From contig JAHYJO010000001.1 of assembly GCA_019429125.1 (NCBI GenBank), positions 90,065-154,064 on the forward strand: a DNA stretch of 64,000 nucleotides, written 5' to 3'. The notes under the pieces were generated by a model that did no database searches, was not told where the DNA came from, and saw only the letters and a program-made list of their open reading frames with translations. The translations under genes were made by a program, and so were the position numbers. Positions 39,706-53,076 of the stretch are shown here, piece after piece. The first letter of the stretch is position 1. Each line of letters starts with the position of its first letter. This DNA is from Nanobdellati archaeon. Lineage in GTDB: Archaea; EX4484-52; GLR71.

Positions 39706-41049
39706 ATGCAGGCACTTATTCTTGCGGCTGGAAAAGGTACAAGGATTATGCCTTTTACTTGTACGCGCCCAAAACCTATGATATCTGTTGCTAATAAATC
39801 AATACTTGAGCATAATCTTATTCAACTTTTAGGGCTTGTGGACGAAGTCATAATTGTTGTGGGATATCGTTCTGATATAATAAAAAATCATTTCGGTGAT
39901 TCTTTTAAAGGGGTGCGAATTAGGTATATATCTCAGAAAGATCAGCTTGGAACAGGGCACGCGGTTCTTCAGGCAGAAACGATGATTAAAGGAAAATTTA
40001 TAATCCTTTATGGAGATGATCTTTATCATAGGGACGATATCAAAAGATGTATTGGGCATGATTTCAGTGTTTTGGCAAAAGAAGTATTTGATCCAAAACG
40101 GTTCGGTGTTTTTACAGTCAAGGGTAATAAAGTTGTCGATCTTGTTGAAAAACCTGAAAAACCTAAATCTAATCTTGTAAATACTGGCGTGTATGTCCTT
40201 GATGATAATATATTTTCCATACTAAAAAAGATTGATAAATCTAAACGTGGAGAATATGAATTCACTGATGCAGTGCTTGAAATTTCAAAGTCAAATGATG
40301 TATTCTGCGAGGTTGTGAAAAAATATTGGATTCCTGTGGGGTATCCTTATGATATTCTTCTTGCTAATGAAATAAAGGTTGCTGAAGTGTTTGAGAAATC
40401 TAAAGATTCCAGTAAATTAATTGATAAAGGTGCTATTATTGAAGATGGCGTAGTCCTTAAAGGTGATGTTGCTGTCGGGTGTGGTACTGTCATAAAGAGT
40501 GGTACTTATATTGAAGGTCCGTGTGTCATAGGTAATGATTCAAAGATTGGTCCAAATGCATATATACGCGCAAGGACTGCAATTGGTAATAATTGTCACA
40601 TCGGTGCATTTGTTGAACTCAAGAACACTATTGTTATGAATAATTCTAATGTTCCGCATCTGTGTTATATCGGTGATTCAGTCATTGGTGAGCATGTCAA
40701 TCTTGGTGCGGGTACAATAGGTGCTAATTTGCGCCATGATGGAACTAATGTCAAACTAATGTGTAATGGCGGTGTGCTGATAGATAGTGGTCGCAGAAAG
40801 CTTGGATGTTTTATTGCAGACTATTCTAAGACGGGGGTAAAAACAGTTTTGTCTCCAGGAATTATGATTGGTCCGTTTTCTTGGACTAGTTCTGCTGAAG
40901 AGGTTAACAGGAACCTGAAACCGTTTGAGATTCTTTCGAGAGGTAAGGTATCGGCTATTAATGTATCGCGATTTGATAAACTACTTAAGACAAAACATGA
41001 CCGTAAGGTTATGGAATCTCTTTATTCTTATGTCAAGGTAAAGTATTGA
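39706..41049 (+). CDS. glmU: Archaeal bifunctional sugar-1-phosphate nucleotidyltransferase/acetyltransferase
   Basis: LAAGKGTR..PKPM, VEKP, hexapeptide repeats, ANLRHD, GRRKLG. Confidence 0.92.
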   Translation: MQALILAAGKGTRIMPFTCTRPKPMISVANKSILEHNLIQLLGLVDEVIIVVGYRSDIIKNHFGDSFKGVRIRYISQKDQLGTGHAVLQAETMIKGKFIILYGDDLYHRDDIKRCIGHDFSVLAKEVFDPKRFGVFTVKGNKVVDLVEKPEKPKSNLVNTGVYVLDDNIFSILKKIDKSKRGEYEFTDAVLEISKSNDVFCEVVKKYWIPVGYPYDILLANEIKVAEVFEKSKDSSKLIDKGAIIEDGVVLKGDVAVGCGTVIKSGTYIEGPCVIGNDSKIGPNAYIRARTAIGNNCHIGAFVELKNTIVMNNSNVPHLCYIGDSVIGEHVNLGAGTIGANLRHDGTNVKLMCNGGVLIDSGRRKLGCFIADYSKTGVKTVLSPGIMIGPFSWTSSAEEVNRNLKPFEILSRGKVSAINVSRFDKLLKTKHDRKVMESLYSYVKVKY

Positions 41050-41196
41050 GGGTTTTTAAGTTGGTTTTGATATTTTTATATTTTATTATTTGTTTTCGTA
41101 TACGCACATAATCATAAAGATTTATAAAACTTGGTTACGAATGAATCATTACTTTTTACAGAATTAGATTATACAGTTTCTTAGAAAATATGGAGG

Positions 41197-42843
41197 ATGG
41201 AAGATATGAATGGACAGATTGGTGGACAACCTATAATTGTGGTATCTGAAGGTACTTTTAGAGAAAGCGGAAGGAATGCGCAGATGGCAAATATTGCTGC
41301 TGCAAGAGTTGTGGCTGATGCAGTCAGGACAACGCTTGGTCCAAAAGGGATGGATAAGATGCTTACTGATTCTCTTGGTGAAGTTGTAATCACAAATGAT
41401 GGCGTGACTATTCTTGAAGAGATGGAAATATTGCATCCGGCTGCAAAGATGGTTGTTGAAGTTGCAAGAGCACAAGACGAAGAAGTTGGTGATGGTACAA
41501 CTACTGCTGCAATTCTTATGGGTGAGCTCTTAAAGCAGGCTGAAGGTCTATTAGAGCAGAAGATACATCCTACAAGCATTGCTCAGGGTTACAGGCTTGC
41601 AAGAGAAAAGAGTCTTGAGATTCTTGCTAAGATTGCTATAGATGTTGATATAAAGGATAAAGATATGCTTACAAAGATTGCACTTACTTCAATGACTGGT
41701 AAATCCAGCGAGTCTGCAAAAGAGTTTTTGGCAAAGATTGCAGTTGAGTCTGTAATTCAGGTAGCAGTTGAAGTTGATGGAAAGACTGTTGTTGATCTTG
41801 AACAGATTAAGCTTGAGAAGAAAGCAGGTGGGTCTACAGATGATACAACTCTTATTAGTGGGCTTATAATTGATAAAGAAATAGTACATTCAGGCATGCC
41901 TAAAAAGATTGAAAATGCAAAGATTGCGCTTATCAACAGTGCGATTGAAGTGAAAGAATTAGAGAGTGATGCGCAGATAAGAATTACTGATCCGTCTCAG
42001 ATGAATGCATTTTTAGAACAGGAAGAAAAGATGCTTAAGGGGATGGTCGAAAAGATAGTAGTTTCAAAGGCAAATGTTGTTTTCTGTCAGAAAGGTGTTG
42101 ATGATATGGCACAGCATTATCTTGCAAAAGCGGGAATTATGGTAATGCGAAGAGTCAAGAAGTCGGACATGGATGCACTTTCAAAAGCTACAGGTGGAAG
42201 TATCATATCAAATCTAGATGAGATGACTGAAAAAGATTTAGGTTTGGCAGGCATTGTTGAAGAGAAGAAGATTTCAGGCAGTGAGATGATTTTTGTAAGA
42301 AAGTGCAAAGATCCAAAATCAGTGTCAATACTCGTCCGGGGTGGTACTGACCATGTTGTGGATGAAATCGAGAGGGCTATGAAAGATGCTCTTGGTGGTG
42401 TTTCTGCATCTATTGAAATGGGTAAGATTGTTGCTGGTGGCGGTGCTCCTGAAGCTGAGATTGCAAAAGAGCTTAGGAAATATTGTGAATCTGTGGGGGG
42501 ACGTGAACAGCTTGCAATTGCTGCTTTTGCTAATGCTATTGAGATAATACCTAAGACTCTTGCTGAGAATGCGGGAATTGACCCTATTAATATACTTGTT
42601 GAACTTCGTTCGGCTCATGATAAAGGTAATCTTTGGGCAGGCATTGATGTGTTTACAAATAATACTCAAGATATGCTTAAACAAGGTGTTGTAGAACCTG
42701 TAAAAATTAAGACTCAAGCAATAAAATCCGCGTCAGAGGCTGCTGAGATGATACTTAGGATTGATGATGTCATTTCTGCATCAAAGCTTGGTGGTGGCGG
42801 TGGAATGCCTCCTATGGGTGGTGGAATGCCCCCTATGATGTAG
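41197..42843 (+). CDS. thsA: Thermosome subunit (group II chaperonin)
   Basis: [29 protein letters not shown]-rich tail. Confidence 0.97.
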   Translation: MEDMNGQIGGQPIIVVSEGTFRESGRNAQMANIAAARVVADAVRTTLGPKGMDKMLTDSLGEVVITNDGVTILEEMEILHPAAKMVVEVARAQDEEVGDGTTTAAILMGELLKQAEGLLEQKIHPTSIAQGYRLAREKSLEILAKIAIDVDIKDKDMLTKIALTSMTGKSSESAKEFLAKIAVESVIQVAVEVDGKTVVDLEQIKLEKKAGGSTDDTTLISGLIIDKEIVHSGMPKKIENAKIALINSAIEVKELESDAQIRITDPSQMNAFLEQEEKMLKGMVEKIVVSKANVVFCQKGVDDMAQHYLAKAGIMVMRRVKKSDMDALSKATGGSIISNLDEMTEKDLGLAGIVEEKKISGSEMIFVRKCKDPKSVSILVRGGTDHVVDEIERAMKDALGGVSASIEMGKIVAGGGAPEAEIAKELRKYCESVGGREQLAIAAFANAIEIIPKTLAENAGIDPINILVELRSAHDKGNLWAGIDVFTNNTQDMLKQGVVEPVKIKTQAIKSASEAAEMILRIDDVISASKLGGGGGMPPMGGGMPPMM

Positions 42844-42956
42844 GAGTTAGCATCTTTTCTTTTTTTTATTTCATTTTTTAGTTTTTTAGTTCTGATTGAT
42901 TTTAAAAATAGTTTAATCTTTTTGTATTTATTGTTATTAGGGGGAAGATGATAACC

Positions 42957-43125
42957 GGCACTGTTCATTTTTCGAGTGATTTCAAACAGAATGTAGTTAA
43001 ATTAAAGACCTTTATTTCTTTTGTAATTCAACGTGAAATGTGTATATTAAATGGATCTCTGCAGGTGTTTATAAACAAACAATATCTAAAAAATATTCAA
43101 AATCACTCACTTTTTGAACAGTGCC
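42957..43125. mobile_element. MITE copy 3 (inverted orientation), 169 bp
   Basis: GGCACTGTTCA...TGAACAGTGCC; 8-bp target duplication TGATAACC at 42949-42956 and 43126-43133. Confidence 0.92.
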
Positions 43126-43239
43126 TGATAACCATTATCTATATATACTCAGTAATGTCAATATATAAAATAGGTAGTTTTTGAGGTATTAATATTTTTG
43201 TATTAACCTCATTATCAAAGTAATATTGTTGGTGAAATA

Positions 43240-43803
43240 ATGGTTAAAAAAGAAGATTATGAGCAGATATCTGATGATGAAGATTATGAGGTAGTACCTT
43301 TAACTCCTCTCAGACGGCTTGAAAAAAGAATAACCAGTATGGAATCTTCTAAGTCATTTTCAAATATGGAAAGGATGATGGATAAAATATTAGATATGGT
43401 TGAGCTTAATCAGAGAATTGTTGATGAGATGGTAAAAGCTAATACGTCTCTTCGCGGTGATCTTGCAACACTTATTGGTAAGATTGATTCGCTTCAGGGA
43501 AAACTTACAAATTTTATTGATATAGTTGAGGACGCAGGTAAAGAAGATGTTGATGAGTCTGAGGCCGTATCTGCACTTCGTGGCATGGTTGTTCCTCTAG
43601 TAAAAAGCATAACTGATGCTAATGAGAAATTGTTAAAGAGTAATGAGGTGATTGCTGAGAACCTGTCTATAATAGATAAACGACTTAAACGTTCAGGTGG
43701 TGTTGTACCATCTATAGGTGGTCAGATTTCACAAAATCCGTCTCCATATCAGATGCAACAGCAAGCTGTACCTCAACAGAATAATCCTTATGGTGGTGTT
43801 TAA
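43240..43803 (+). CDS. Coiled-coil protein at the head of the pilus locus
   Basis: GGTGA RBS; YEVVPLTPLRRLEKRI followed by heptad repeats. Confidence 0.75.
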   Translation: MVKKEDYEQISDDEDYEVVPLTPLRRLEKRITSMESSKSFSNMERMMDKILDMVELNQRIVDEMVKANTSLRGDLATLIGKIDSLQGKLTNFIDIVEDAGKEDVDESEAVSALRGMVVPLVKSITDANEKLLKSNEVIAENLSIIDKRLKRSGGVVPSIGGQISQNPSPYQMQQQAVPQQNNPYGGV

Positions 43804-43806
43804 TTT

Positions 43807-44022
43807 ATGAAACTTGGACCTGAGATGCTTGAAAATTTTTTAATTGTATGTATAATGCTGATGACAGTATCTGCCTTTTTGATTTTAGGTGGTGGAATGC
43901 TTAGTTCAGAGTATTTAGCAGTAAGCATAACTAATATGTTGCTTTTGCTTGTAGTTGGGGCAATGTATTTCAATGCAATGATACTTTTAAGGATTTATAA
44001 AACAATGATTACTAAGAAATGA
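43807..44022 (+). CDS. Small two-TM membrane protein
   Basis: Two hydrophobic helices; operon-like spacing. Confidence 0.7.
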   Translation: MKLGPEMLENFLIVCIMLMTVSAFLILGGGMLSSEYLAVSITNMLLLLVVGAMYFNAMILLRIYKTMITKK

Positions 44023-44059
44023 TATGGAACAATGAGTATTAAAAAAATGAGTGATAATT

Positions 44060-44560
44060 ATGTCAAAAGAAAATGTAAATCGAAAGGGAATTACTCCCAT
44101 AATCGCAATAGTTCTTCTTCTTATGATGACTGTTGCAGCAGCAGGTCTTGCTTATGAGTTCATAATGAATATGAGTGACAAGCAGACATCAGCTATTGAT
44201 GATCAAGTGAATGCACAGTCTGATAAGATGCGGACTGATTTGAGGATATTACAGGTTCAAAAGAATAGTGGCAATCTTAATTTTATTATCAAGAATATGG
44301 GTTCAGTTGTGATTGCAGGGATTAATGACACTACTACGGATTATATAGTAGATGGTAAAATTAATGCAATAACACCTAGTTTTAGTGGTGATTGTAATAC
44401 TAAGCCAACTATTGAAATTTCAGAGACTTGTACTTTAACTGTTACTGGTGAAACCCTTCCTATGGTGGGGACTACAAAGACTTTTGAATTTATACTTAAG
44501 AATGGTTATAAATTATCATATGGGTGTAATGTTGCGTCTAGTACAGATGATTTCTGTTAA
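44060..44560 (+). CDS. Archaeal type IV pilin (probable major pilin)
   Basis: Class III signal RKG|ITPIIAIVLLLMMTVAAAG; IKNMG motif; T-tract downstream. Confidence 0.88.
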   Translation: MSKENVNRKGITPIIAIVLLLMMTVAAAGLAYEFIMNMSDKQTSAIDDQVNAQSDKMRTDLRILQVQKNSGNLNFIIKNMGSVVIAGINDTTTDYIVDGKINAITPSFSGDCNTKPTIEISETCTLTVTGETLPMVGTTKTFEFILKNGYKLSYGCNVASSTDDFC

Positions 44561-44759
44561 GTATTTTATTTTCTGATTTTTTTCATTTTTTCATTTATTT
44601 TTCTTTTAATTTTTTTTTATTTTTATAATTTTATCTTATTATTTTGTTTTTTGGTATTTTTTCTTAAAAACTATATATTCTATTAAAACGAATTATAAAT
44701 AACTAATTTACTAAATAAAGTTAATCATCAAATTCATCAATATAATAAGGGTAGTTTTT

Positions 44760-45704
44760 ATGAAATCAGTAATTGTTCGGAAAAAGGCGCAGGTACAGAT
44801 AATATCTATGATATTGCTTACTGGAATTAGTATTGCTGCAGTTTCAGGTGCACTTTGGTGGGGGCTTCCAATGCTTGACAAAAGTAAGACTAATTCAGAA
44901 GTAACTCAAGCATTTTCACTTATGCAAGATATAAAATCAGCAATTGGTGAAGTATCATCATCTGGTGGCTCACGTGTAATTAATCTGAATCTTGCTGGTG
45001 AGATGAGGATTGAAGGTGGTAGTTTAGAAAAAATGCCCGATGGAACTGTCAAGGCAAATTTACCTTCAGATAGGGTTAATTCTATAACTTATACTATATT
45101 TACAAAAGGAGTCACTTCAGCTGTAGGGCAATGGGTGTCTCTTGATGGGTTTAGTCCTATTTCTCAGTCGTTATATACTGGAAATGATAGTGATAATGTG
45201 ATTTTATCTGAAACTAATGAATGCAATTTTTCAAATTTGTGTTCTACAAATGATGTTGATGTTGATTGTACTGATAATACGATGGATTCTATAGGAGCAG
45301 TTTCTGGAACATACTTAGGTACAGAAGGTTATAGAGTAGAATATATTGATTGTGTTAACAATTTTGTTACAATATCTGGGCCAGAGAAAGTAATTACTGG
45401 ATTTTCAGGTGTGAATAGTGCAGGTGTAATCGTTGTCAAGACAATTCCTAATGGTGGGGGTGATGGATATAAGACAATGTTTAAGTTAGTATATCGCGAA
45501 TTAGATGATATCAATGATGAAAATGGGAAAGGGTATCTGACATTGATTACTAAGAAGGGAAGTAATATTATTGGTTCAACAGATTCATCTTCAAAAGTGT
45601 CATTGATAATATCTTCTCTTGATGATTTTGTTTTGGAGGAACGTGCAGATAAGACTGGAGGACCTCTTACTGTGACACCTGTTACAGTATCTTTTGGTAA
45701 TTAG
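44760..45704 (+). CDS. Pilin-like protein
   Basis: Class III-like signal RKKA|QVQIISMILLTGI. Confidence 0.75.
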   Translation: MKSVIVRKKAQVQIISMILLTGISIAAVSGALWWGLPMLDKSKTNSEVTQAFSLMQDIKSAIGEVSSSGGSRVINLNLAGEMRIEGGSLEKMPDGTVKANLPSDRVNSITYTIFTKGVTSAVGQWVSLDGFSPISQSLYTGNDSDNVILSETNECNFSNLCSTNDVDVDCTDNTMDSIGAVSGTYLGTEGYRVEYIDCVNNFVTISGPEKVITGFSGVNSAGVIVVKTIPNGGGDGYKTMFKLVYRELDDINDENGKGYLTLITKKGSNIIGSTDSSSKVSLIISSLDDFVLEERADKTGGPLTVTPVTVSFGN

Positions 45705-45710
45705 TGAGAT

Positions 45711-46134
45711 ATGATGTGGTATTTTTCAAGAAAGCGTAAAGGACAAAACTTGGTTCTTGAAGAGATATTGTTTATCGCTCTCTCAATAGTTGTAATTATA
45801 GGTATATCTTCAACTTTTAATACAATTAATAATCGTGTTTCAGATGATATTGAAGATCAAAGTGCATTACAAATTTCAAATTTCATAATATCTGCGATAG
45901 ATAAGCTTGTACTTGCAAATGCAACCTCTGGATTTGTAGTAATTGATATCCCGCAGACTATAAGTCGTGAGACATATATAATTTCAGGTTTTACTCCTGT
46001 TAGAAAAGAATTCATGATTAAAATGGGTGACAGTAAACAAATTGTAGATGTTTCAGTTAATGTAAGTGGTATAGTATCAAGCTCAGGTAAGGTTTTGAAA
46101 GTGGAATATGATGGTGTTTCTGTGTTTTTGAGAG

Positions 46135-46148
<14 letters not shown>
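45711..46148 (+). CDS. Pilin-like protein
   Basis: RKG|QNLVLEEILFIAL. Confidence 0.75.
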
Positions 46149-48328
<2,180 letters not shown>

Positions 48329-48357
<29 letters not shown>

Positions 48358-49261
48358 TGCTGTAGAAAAAGAACAAGGTCTTAGCGGTTTTAATTATGTT
48401 AAATTTGCGTCAGATTTTTTTAGGCCTTATATTCAATCATATCTGGTTAATTTTAGTGAACTTAAAGTTGCAATGAAAAAAGGCGATATAAATATGTCGC
48501 TTGAAGAATATATTTCAGTTGCGATACTTACTTCAATTGTTGTATTTTTTTGTATGTCATTATCTTTATCAGTAATTATTCTCATAATAACTAGCAATAT
48601 TTTTATGTCTATTTTTTTATCAATTTTAGGTGCTATATTTTTTTCAGCTCTTATTTTTGGTTTTTTTTATATTTATCCTGGCATACGCAGGGATGACAGA
48701 AAGAAAAAGATAGATGGGCTTGTACCTTATGCCACACTTTATCTTACGACTATTTCTGGTGGTGGTACACCACCTATTGCTATGTTTCGTGCACTTGCGA
48801 AATTTAATGAGTATGGTGAAATATCAAAAGAGGCAAATAAGATTGTGGAAGAGGTTGATGTACTGGGTATAGATATTCTTAATGCTTTAAAAAATGCAGC
48901 CGAGAGAACACCATCTCAGCAATTGATGGAACTTTTGTGGGGGATGAGGACTGTTGAAATTTCAGGTGGTGATCTTCGTTTTTATCTTAGGGAAAAAGCG
49001 AAGACTGCAATTTCGCAGTATCAGATGATGCTTAAGGTATTACAGCATAAACTTTCAATGATTGTTGAGATATACCTTACAGTTGTTATGATTGGTTCAA
49101 TATTGTATATGGTATTAACTGCTATAATGGGGTCTATGGGTGGTGCAGATATGGCTGGGTTTATTGTAGGGTCACAGATGGTGGTCGTGTTTTTGGCTAT
49201 CCCTGTAGTATCTGCAGGTGTCATATTATTAATAAAGGGTATAACTCCGGAGACGAATTAG
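48329..49261 (+). CDS. T2SS-F / TadC-like pilus platform protein
   Basis: TM helices; YGEISKEANKIV..GIDILNALKNAAERTPS. Confidence 0.88.
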
Positions 49262-50200
49262 ATGGTTTTTGATATAAATACACTTTTTGCACATGAAAAT
49301 GAGAAATTAATTAAACAGGGTTCTCTTATAATAGGTGTGGTTTTGGTAATCATAGGTTTGATTTTGGCATTTTTTTCAAAATTTCAGTCATTAGGTATTA
49401 TTATCTTGTTTATTGGGGCTATTATGTCTGTAGTACCTTCTATGATTTATGCATATGTTAATTTTTCTAAATATAGTCGGATGGAAGATCAATTTCCTAG
49501 ATTTTTGAGAGATTTTGCTGAAGCCAAAAAAAGTGGTATGACATTTCAGGATGCATTGCTCAGTCGTATGAATACTGATTATGGAGAACTTAATTCTGAA
49601 ATTGCAAAATCTGTGCATCAACTTTCGTGGGGTATGCCTTTTGTTCAAGTTATGGCAGCTATGGCTGAAAGGCTTAAATATAGTAGTGTTATGAGACGGT
49701 CATTTACTATTATTTTGGAAGCATTTAATGCAGGGGGTGATGTAACTGAGGTTATGGATGATCTTTCAACAGATATAAAAAAGATAAAAGAACTCCATGA
49801 TGAAAGAAAAGCAGATATGTCTCAACAAGTTGTTATGATGTATTTCATTTCATTTCTTTTCCTTGTCATAGCTCTTATGATGTATAATATTATGATGCCT
49901 TTAGTATCTTCTGGTCTTATGGATATAAATCTTTTTGGAGCGTCAGATAGTTCTTCAAGTGTTCAAGATATAGATTATTGTTCTATGGTACCTTTTGTCT
50001 GTGCAATATGTGTTCCATTTAATTTTGGTGAAGGACAATTATGTTATTTTGAAGCAATATTTTTTATGATGGCTCTTATTCAGGCAATAACGAGTGGTCT
50101 TATGTGTGGAGAAATAAGTGAAGGTTCGGCTGCATCAGGTTTCAAACATGCATTGTTTTTATCAGCTGTAGCATTTATTGTATTTATTGTATTTGGGTAA
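49262..50200 (+). CDS. Second T2SS-F / TadC-like platform protein
   Basis: FPRFLRDFAE..SGM, DYGEL..LSWG, GGDV, GFKH. Confidence 0.88.
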   Translation: MVFDINTLFAHENEKLIKQGSLIIGVVLVIIGLILAFFSKFQSLGIIILFIGAIMSVVPSMIYAYVNFSKYSRMEDQFPRFLRDFAEAKKSGMTFQDALLSRMNTDYGELNSEIAKSVHQLSWGMPFVQVMAAMAERLKYSSVMRRSFTIILEAFNAGGDVTEVMDDLSTDIKKIKELHDERKADMSQQVVMMYFISFLFLVIALMMYNIMMPLVSSGLMDINLFGASDSSSSVQDIDYCSMVPFVCAICVPFNFGEGQLCYFEAIFFMMALIQAITSGLMCGEISEGSAASGFKHALFLSAVAFIVFIVFG

Positions 50201-50206
50201 GTTCTT

Positions 50207-50905
50207 ATGGTGTATAAATTGTTTTATTTATCTGTAAATTATAGACATAAAGGGCAAGTGAATATTGACTATATATTTGCGTTTTTAGTTCTGACACTAT
50301 CTATAATTTATGCTGCAAATATTGCTATAGGGTCAATAAATCCGTTTTATGAAACTTTGGATACTAATAATCTTCATGCTGAAGCATGGCTTTTCTCTGA
50401 GATATTTTTAAGGGATATAGAAATTGAAGATAATGTAATTAATGAATCATTAATTTCTGTTTATGCTGATAATCGGACGAAGCTTCGTGATTCAATTGTT
50501 GAGAAATATTGGTATCATCAAAAGATAGTAATTGAGCAGTATCCTATTATAATTACAGACAATGTTTCAGGGTATAATCATTCGGGTAATACTATATTCA
50601 ACAAAGAATATGGTGTTTTAAAAATTGTAGATTTCATTGTTAGAAATAGTAGTAGTATATCTGGTTATGATGTTGTAGATATTGATGCTGATGTATTTTA
50701 TTATGGTCTGAATAAAAATGATATCATATTGATATCAGGTATTAATTACACAATATCTAATATTGATTCTAAAGGGAATTTTATAGCACTTGAAAGAACA
50801 GTATTATCTTATGGTTGGGGGAGTATGGATATTGATATGGTTTCTGTGAACAGATATTCAACAATTGATGGATTTATGGCTAGAATAAATATTTTATATT
50901 TTTGA
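50207..50905 (+). CDS. Pilin-like protein
   Basis: HKG|QVNIDYIFAFLVL. Confidence 0.7.
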   Translation: MVYKLFYLSVNYRHKGQVNIDYIFAFLVLTLSIIYAANIAIGSINPFYETLDTNNLHAEAWLFSEIFLRDIEIEDNVINESLISVYADNRTKLRDSIVEKYWYHQKIVIEQYPIIITDNVSGYNHSGNTIFNKEYGVLKIVDFIVRNSSSISGYDVVDIDADVFYYGLNKNDIILISGINYTISNIDSKGNFIALERTVLSYGWGSMDIDMVSVNRYSTIDGFMARINILYF

Positions 50906-50930
50906 GTGATTATGGGAGTAATGAAGTATT

Positions 50931-52508
50931 ATGTGGATTAGGAAATGTAAACGTCGTATTGGTTTTATGCATAGTCTTGAAGCTGTTATTGCAGTCATGA
51001 TTCTTCTTAGTTATTCAAGTAATGTTATGGATGTAGTTTCAGAATATGATGGTTGGCGTATTGCAAGATTGTCACAGGAATCACGAGAAATTGCAGGGGT
51101 TATGAATTACATTGGTTATATGGAACTTCTTTCGGGAAATAGTTCTGATACATTTTCTAGAGTTGCATCATATCTTGCTGGTCGTGAAAAAATGGGTGTT
51201 GCAATAACTGTTGATAATTTGATAAAACCTGTGGTGCGTGTGGGTGTTATTACTAATAATACTGAGACTTATAAGAGTTATAGTGAAAATTTATTACAAA
51301 ATGCTCTAGGTGAAGATAGAGTTATTGTTATAAATGGTAAAAAAACTTTACTTGAGGTGCGAAATACTACGTTTGTTTCTGATTGGAAAATGTTTGATGT
51401 ATTAGTTATTCCTATTGAAGGAAATGATATTGATATGATAGGTAATATTAGTTTGATTAATGGTACATATAATTCAAAATTATTAAACTTCCTTAGGCAG
51501 GGAAAAGGAGTGATTCAGGTTTCAAATCTGAGTGATAAATCTTTTGTTGATTTTGAGGTTCAGAGAAACGTTTTTGGTCTTTTGTGGAATGATACCAGTT
51601 TACCTTCTGTTATTTTTAATTCTTCTTTTTCAGATTTGAATCCGTCTGATGCAGGGTATGTTTTGCATAAATATTTTTATGTTAATCCTTTTGTGGTGAA
51701 TACTGAAGTATCTTTTAGTCGTAATATGTCTAATCCTGCGTGGTGGAATATGACTACGGGTATTGTTGATGTGTATGTAGGTGATACTAATCATACTATC
51801 GGTTCTGCTAACTGTACTGTTAATGTTGGTACTCCTTGTGTTGGTGATACTCAGAATGATCTTGATTTTTCAAATACAATCAATTCAACAAATGGAATCT
51901 ATAAATTTGATATGATGTCTTTGAGTCATAAGGATTATGGCGTATTAATCATTAATTCTACTGGTTTTGGATATGATTTGATATACATCGATGAGAATCA
52001 AGACCGTAATTTTACAAATGATGGTTATTTTTCAGGACTTGTTCAGGGAGATAGAATTGAGATTGATGGTAATAGTTATATAATTAATGAAATTGATATT
52101 AGTGGGAATTATATTGAGTTATTTATTGAAGAACCTCATAATTTCTATGATATGAATAGAGATAATGAATTAGAATCTAGTCATGGTTTTGTTTTTGGAT
52201 TAAATAAATCTCAATTTGTTTTGGTTGAATCTGGATATGTGATGGATTCTGGAGGCAAAATGCCGATTGCTATTGCTAATTATGGTGGATTTACAGGACG
52301 GACTGTGTGGATTACAGATAATATTGTATCTTATGATGAATGGCATCTTTTACGCAGTATGATTTTATGGGTATCTCCTAAAACAGTCATTATATCTACA
52401 GTACAGGATAATGTAAATGATGTTGTGTCAAGTGATTTTGTGCTTCTTGCAAATGAGGATATGTCTCAACCTTATGTTATGACTTGGAAAGCGTGGTATT
52501 ATGATTGA
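50931..52508 (+). CDS. Large pilin-like protein
   Basis: KRRIG|FMHSLEAVIAVMILL. Confidence 0.72.
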   Translation: MWIRKCKRRIGFMHSLEAVIAVMILLSYSSNVMDVVSEYDGWRIARLSQESREIAGVMNYIGYMELLSGNSSDTFSRVASYLAGREKMGVAITVDNLIKPVVRVGVITNNTETYKSYSENLLQNALGEDRVIVINGKKTLLEVRNTTFVSDWKMFDVLVIPIEGNDIDMIGNISLINGTYNSKLLNFLRQGKGVIQVSNLSDKSFVDFEVQRNVFGLLWNDTSLPSVIFNSSFSDLNPSDAGYVLHKYFYVNPFVVNTEVSFSRNMSNPAWWNMTTGIVDVYVGDTNHTIGSANCTVNVGTPCVGDTQNDLDFSNTINSTNGIYKFDMMSLSHKDYGVLIINSTGFGYDLIYIDENQDRNFTNDGYFSGLVQGDRIEIDGNSYIINEIDISGNYIELFIEEPHNFYDMNRDNELESSHGFVFGLNKSQFVLVESGYVMDSGGKMPIAIANYGGFTGRTVWITDNIVSYDEWHLLRSMILWVSPKTVIISTVQDNVNDVVSSDFVLLANEDMSQPYVMTWKAWYYD

Positions 52509-53010
52509 TAGGTATAAAGTATCTAGGGTAAAAAAACGCAAAGGCCAGTTTTTTGTGATAAGCATAATAGTTATTCTTTTCGCTCTAACTACATTAAATG
52601 GTATTCTTACACAAAATCGTAATATTGACTTATCTTATATGCAATATGATAGGACTTATTTTGTGATTAATCAGATGGAATCGGATATTTTTAATATTAT
52701 TTCTGTTGTAGGTCATAAATCTATAATAGATGATATTGAAGAATATATGGTTCATGAACGGAAAGTTCTTGGGAAAACGGGGTATTCTCTTGAATTTGAA
52801 AAAGATGTATCATATATTGGTGATTATCCAAATAATATATCTATAAATTATACAATCAAATCATCAAATGTTAATATACGGCGGGAGTTAAATACAAATG
52901 CGTGGTGTGTTCGTTATGAATATAATGATTTATGTAGTTTTCTTAGTCTTTCAACAAATAATATTGTGACAGATGTGAGTTGCTGTTCTGATTTTAATTT
53001 ATGTTGTTGA
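52501..53010 (+). CDS. Pilin-like protein with a C-terminal CC-x5-CC motif
   Basis: RKG|QFFVISIIVIL; ends CCSDFNLCC. Confidence 0.72.
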   Translation: MIDRYKVSRVKKRKGQFFVISIIVILFALTTLNGILTQNRNIDLSYMQYDRTYFVINQMESDIFNIISVVGHKSIIDDIEEYMVHERKVLGKTGYSLEFEKDVSYIGDYPNNISINYTIKSSNVNIRRELNTNAWCVRYEYNDLCSFLSLSTNNIVTDVSCCSDFNLCC

Positions 53011-53076
53011 TTTATAGTTTGAGGGGTTATGTTTTTATATACTATTTTTGATAAATATAGTTGTAGTGATATAATT

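Noticed and set aside
42948-43184. 78-aa ORF
   Set aside because: Chance frame running through MITE copy 3.
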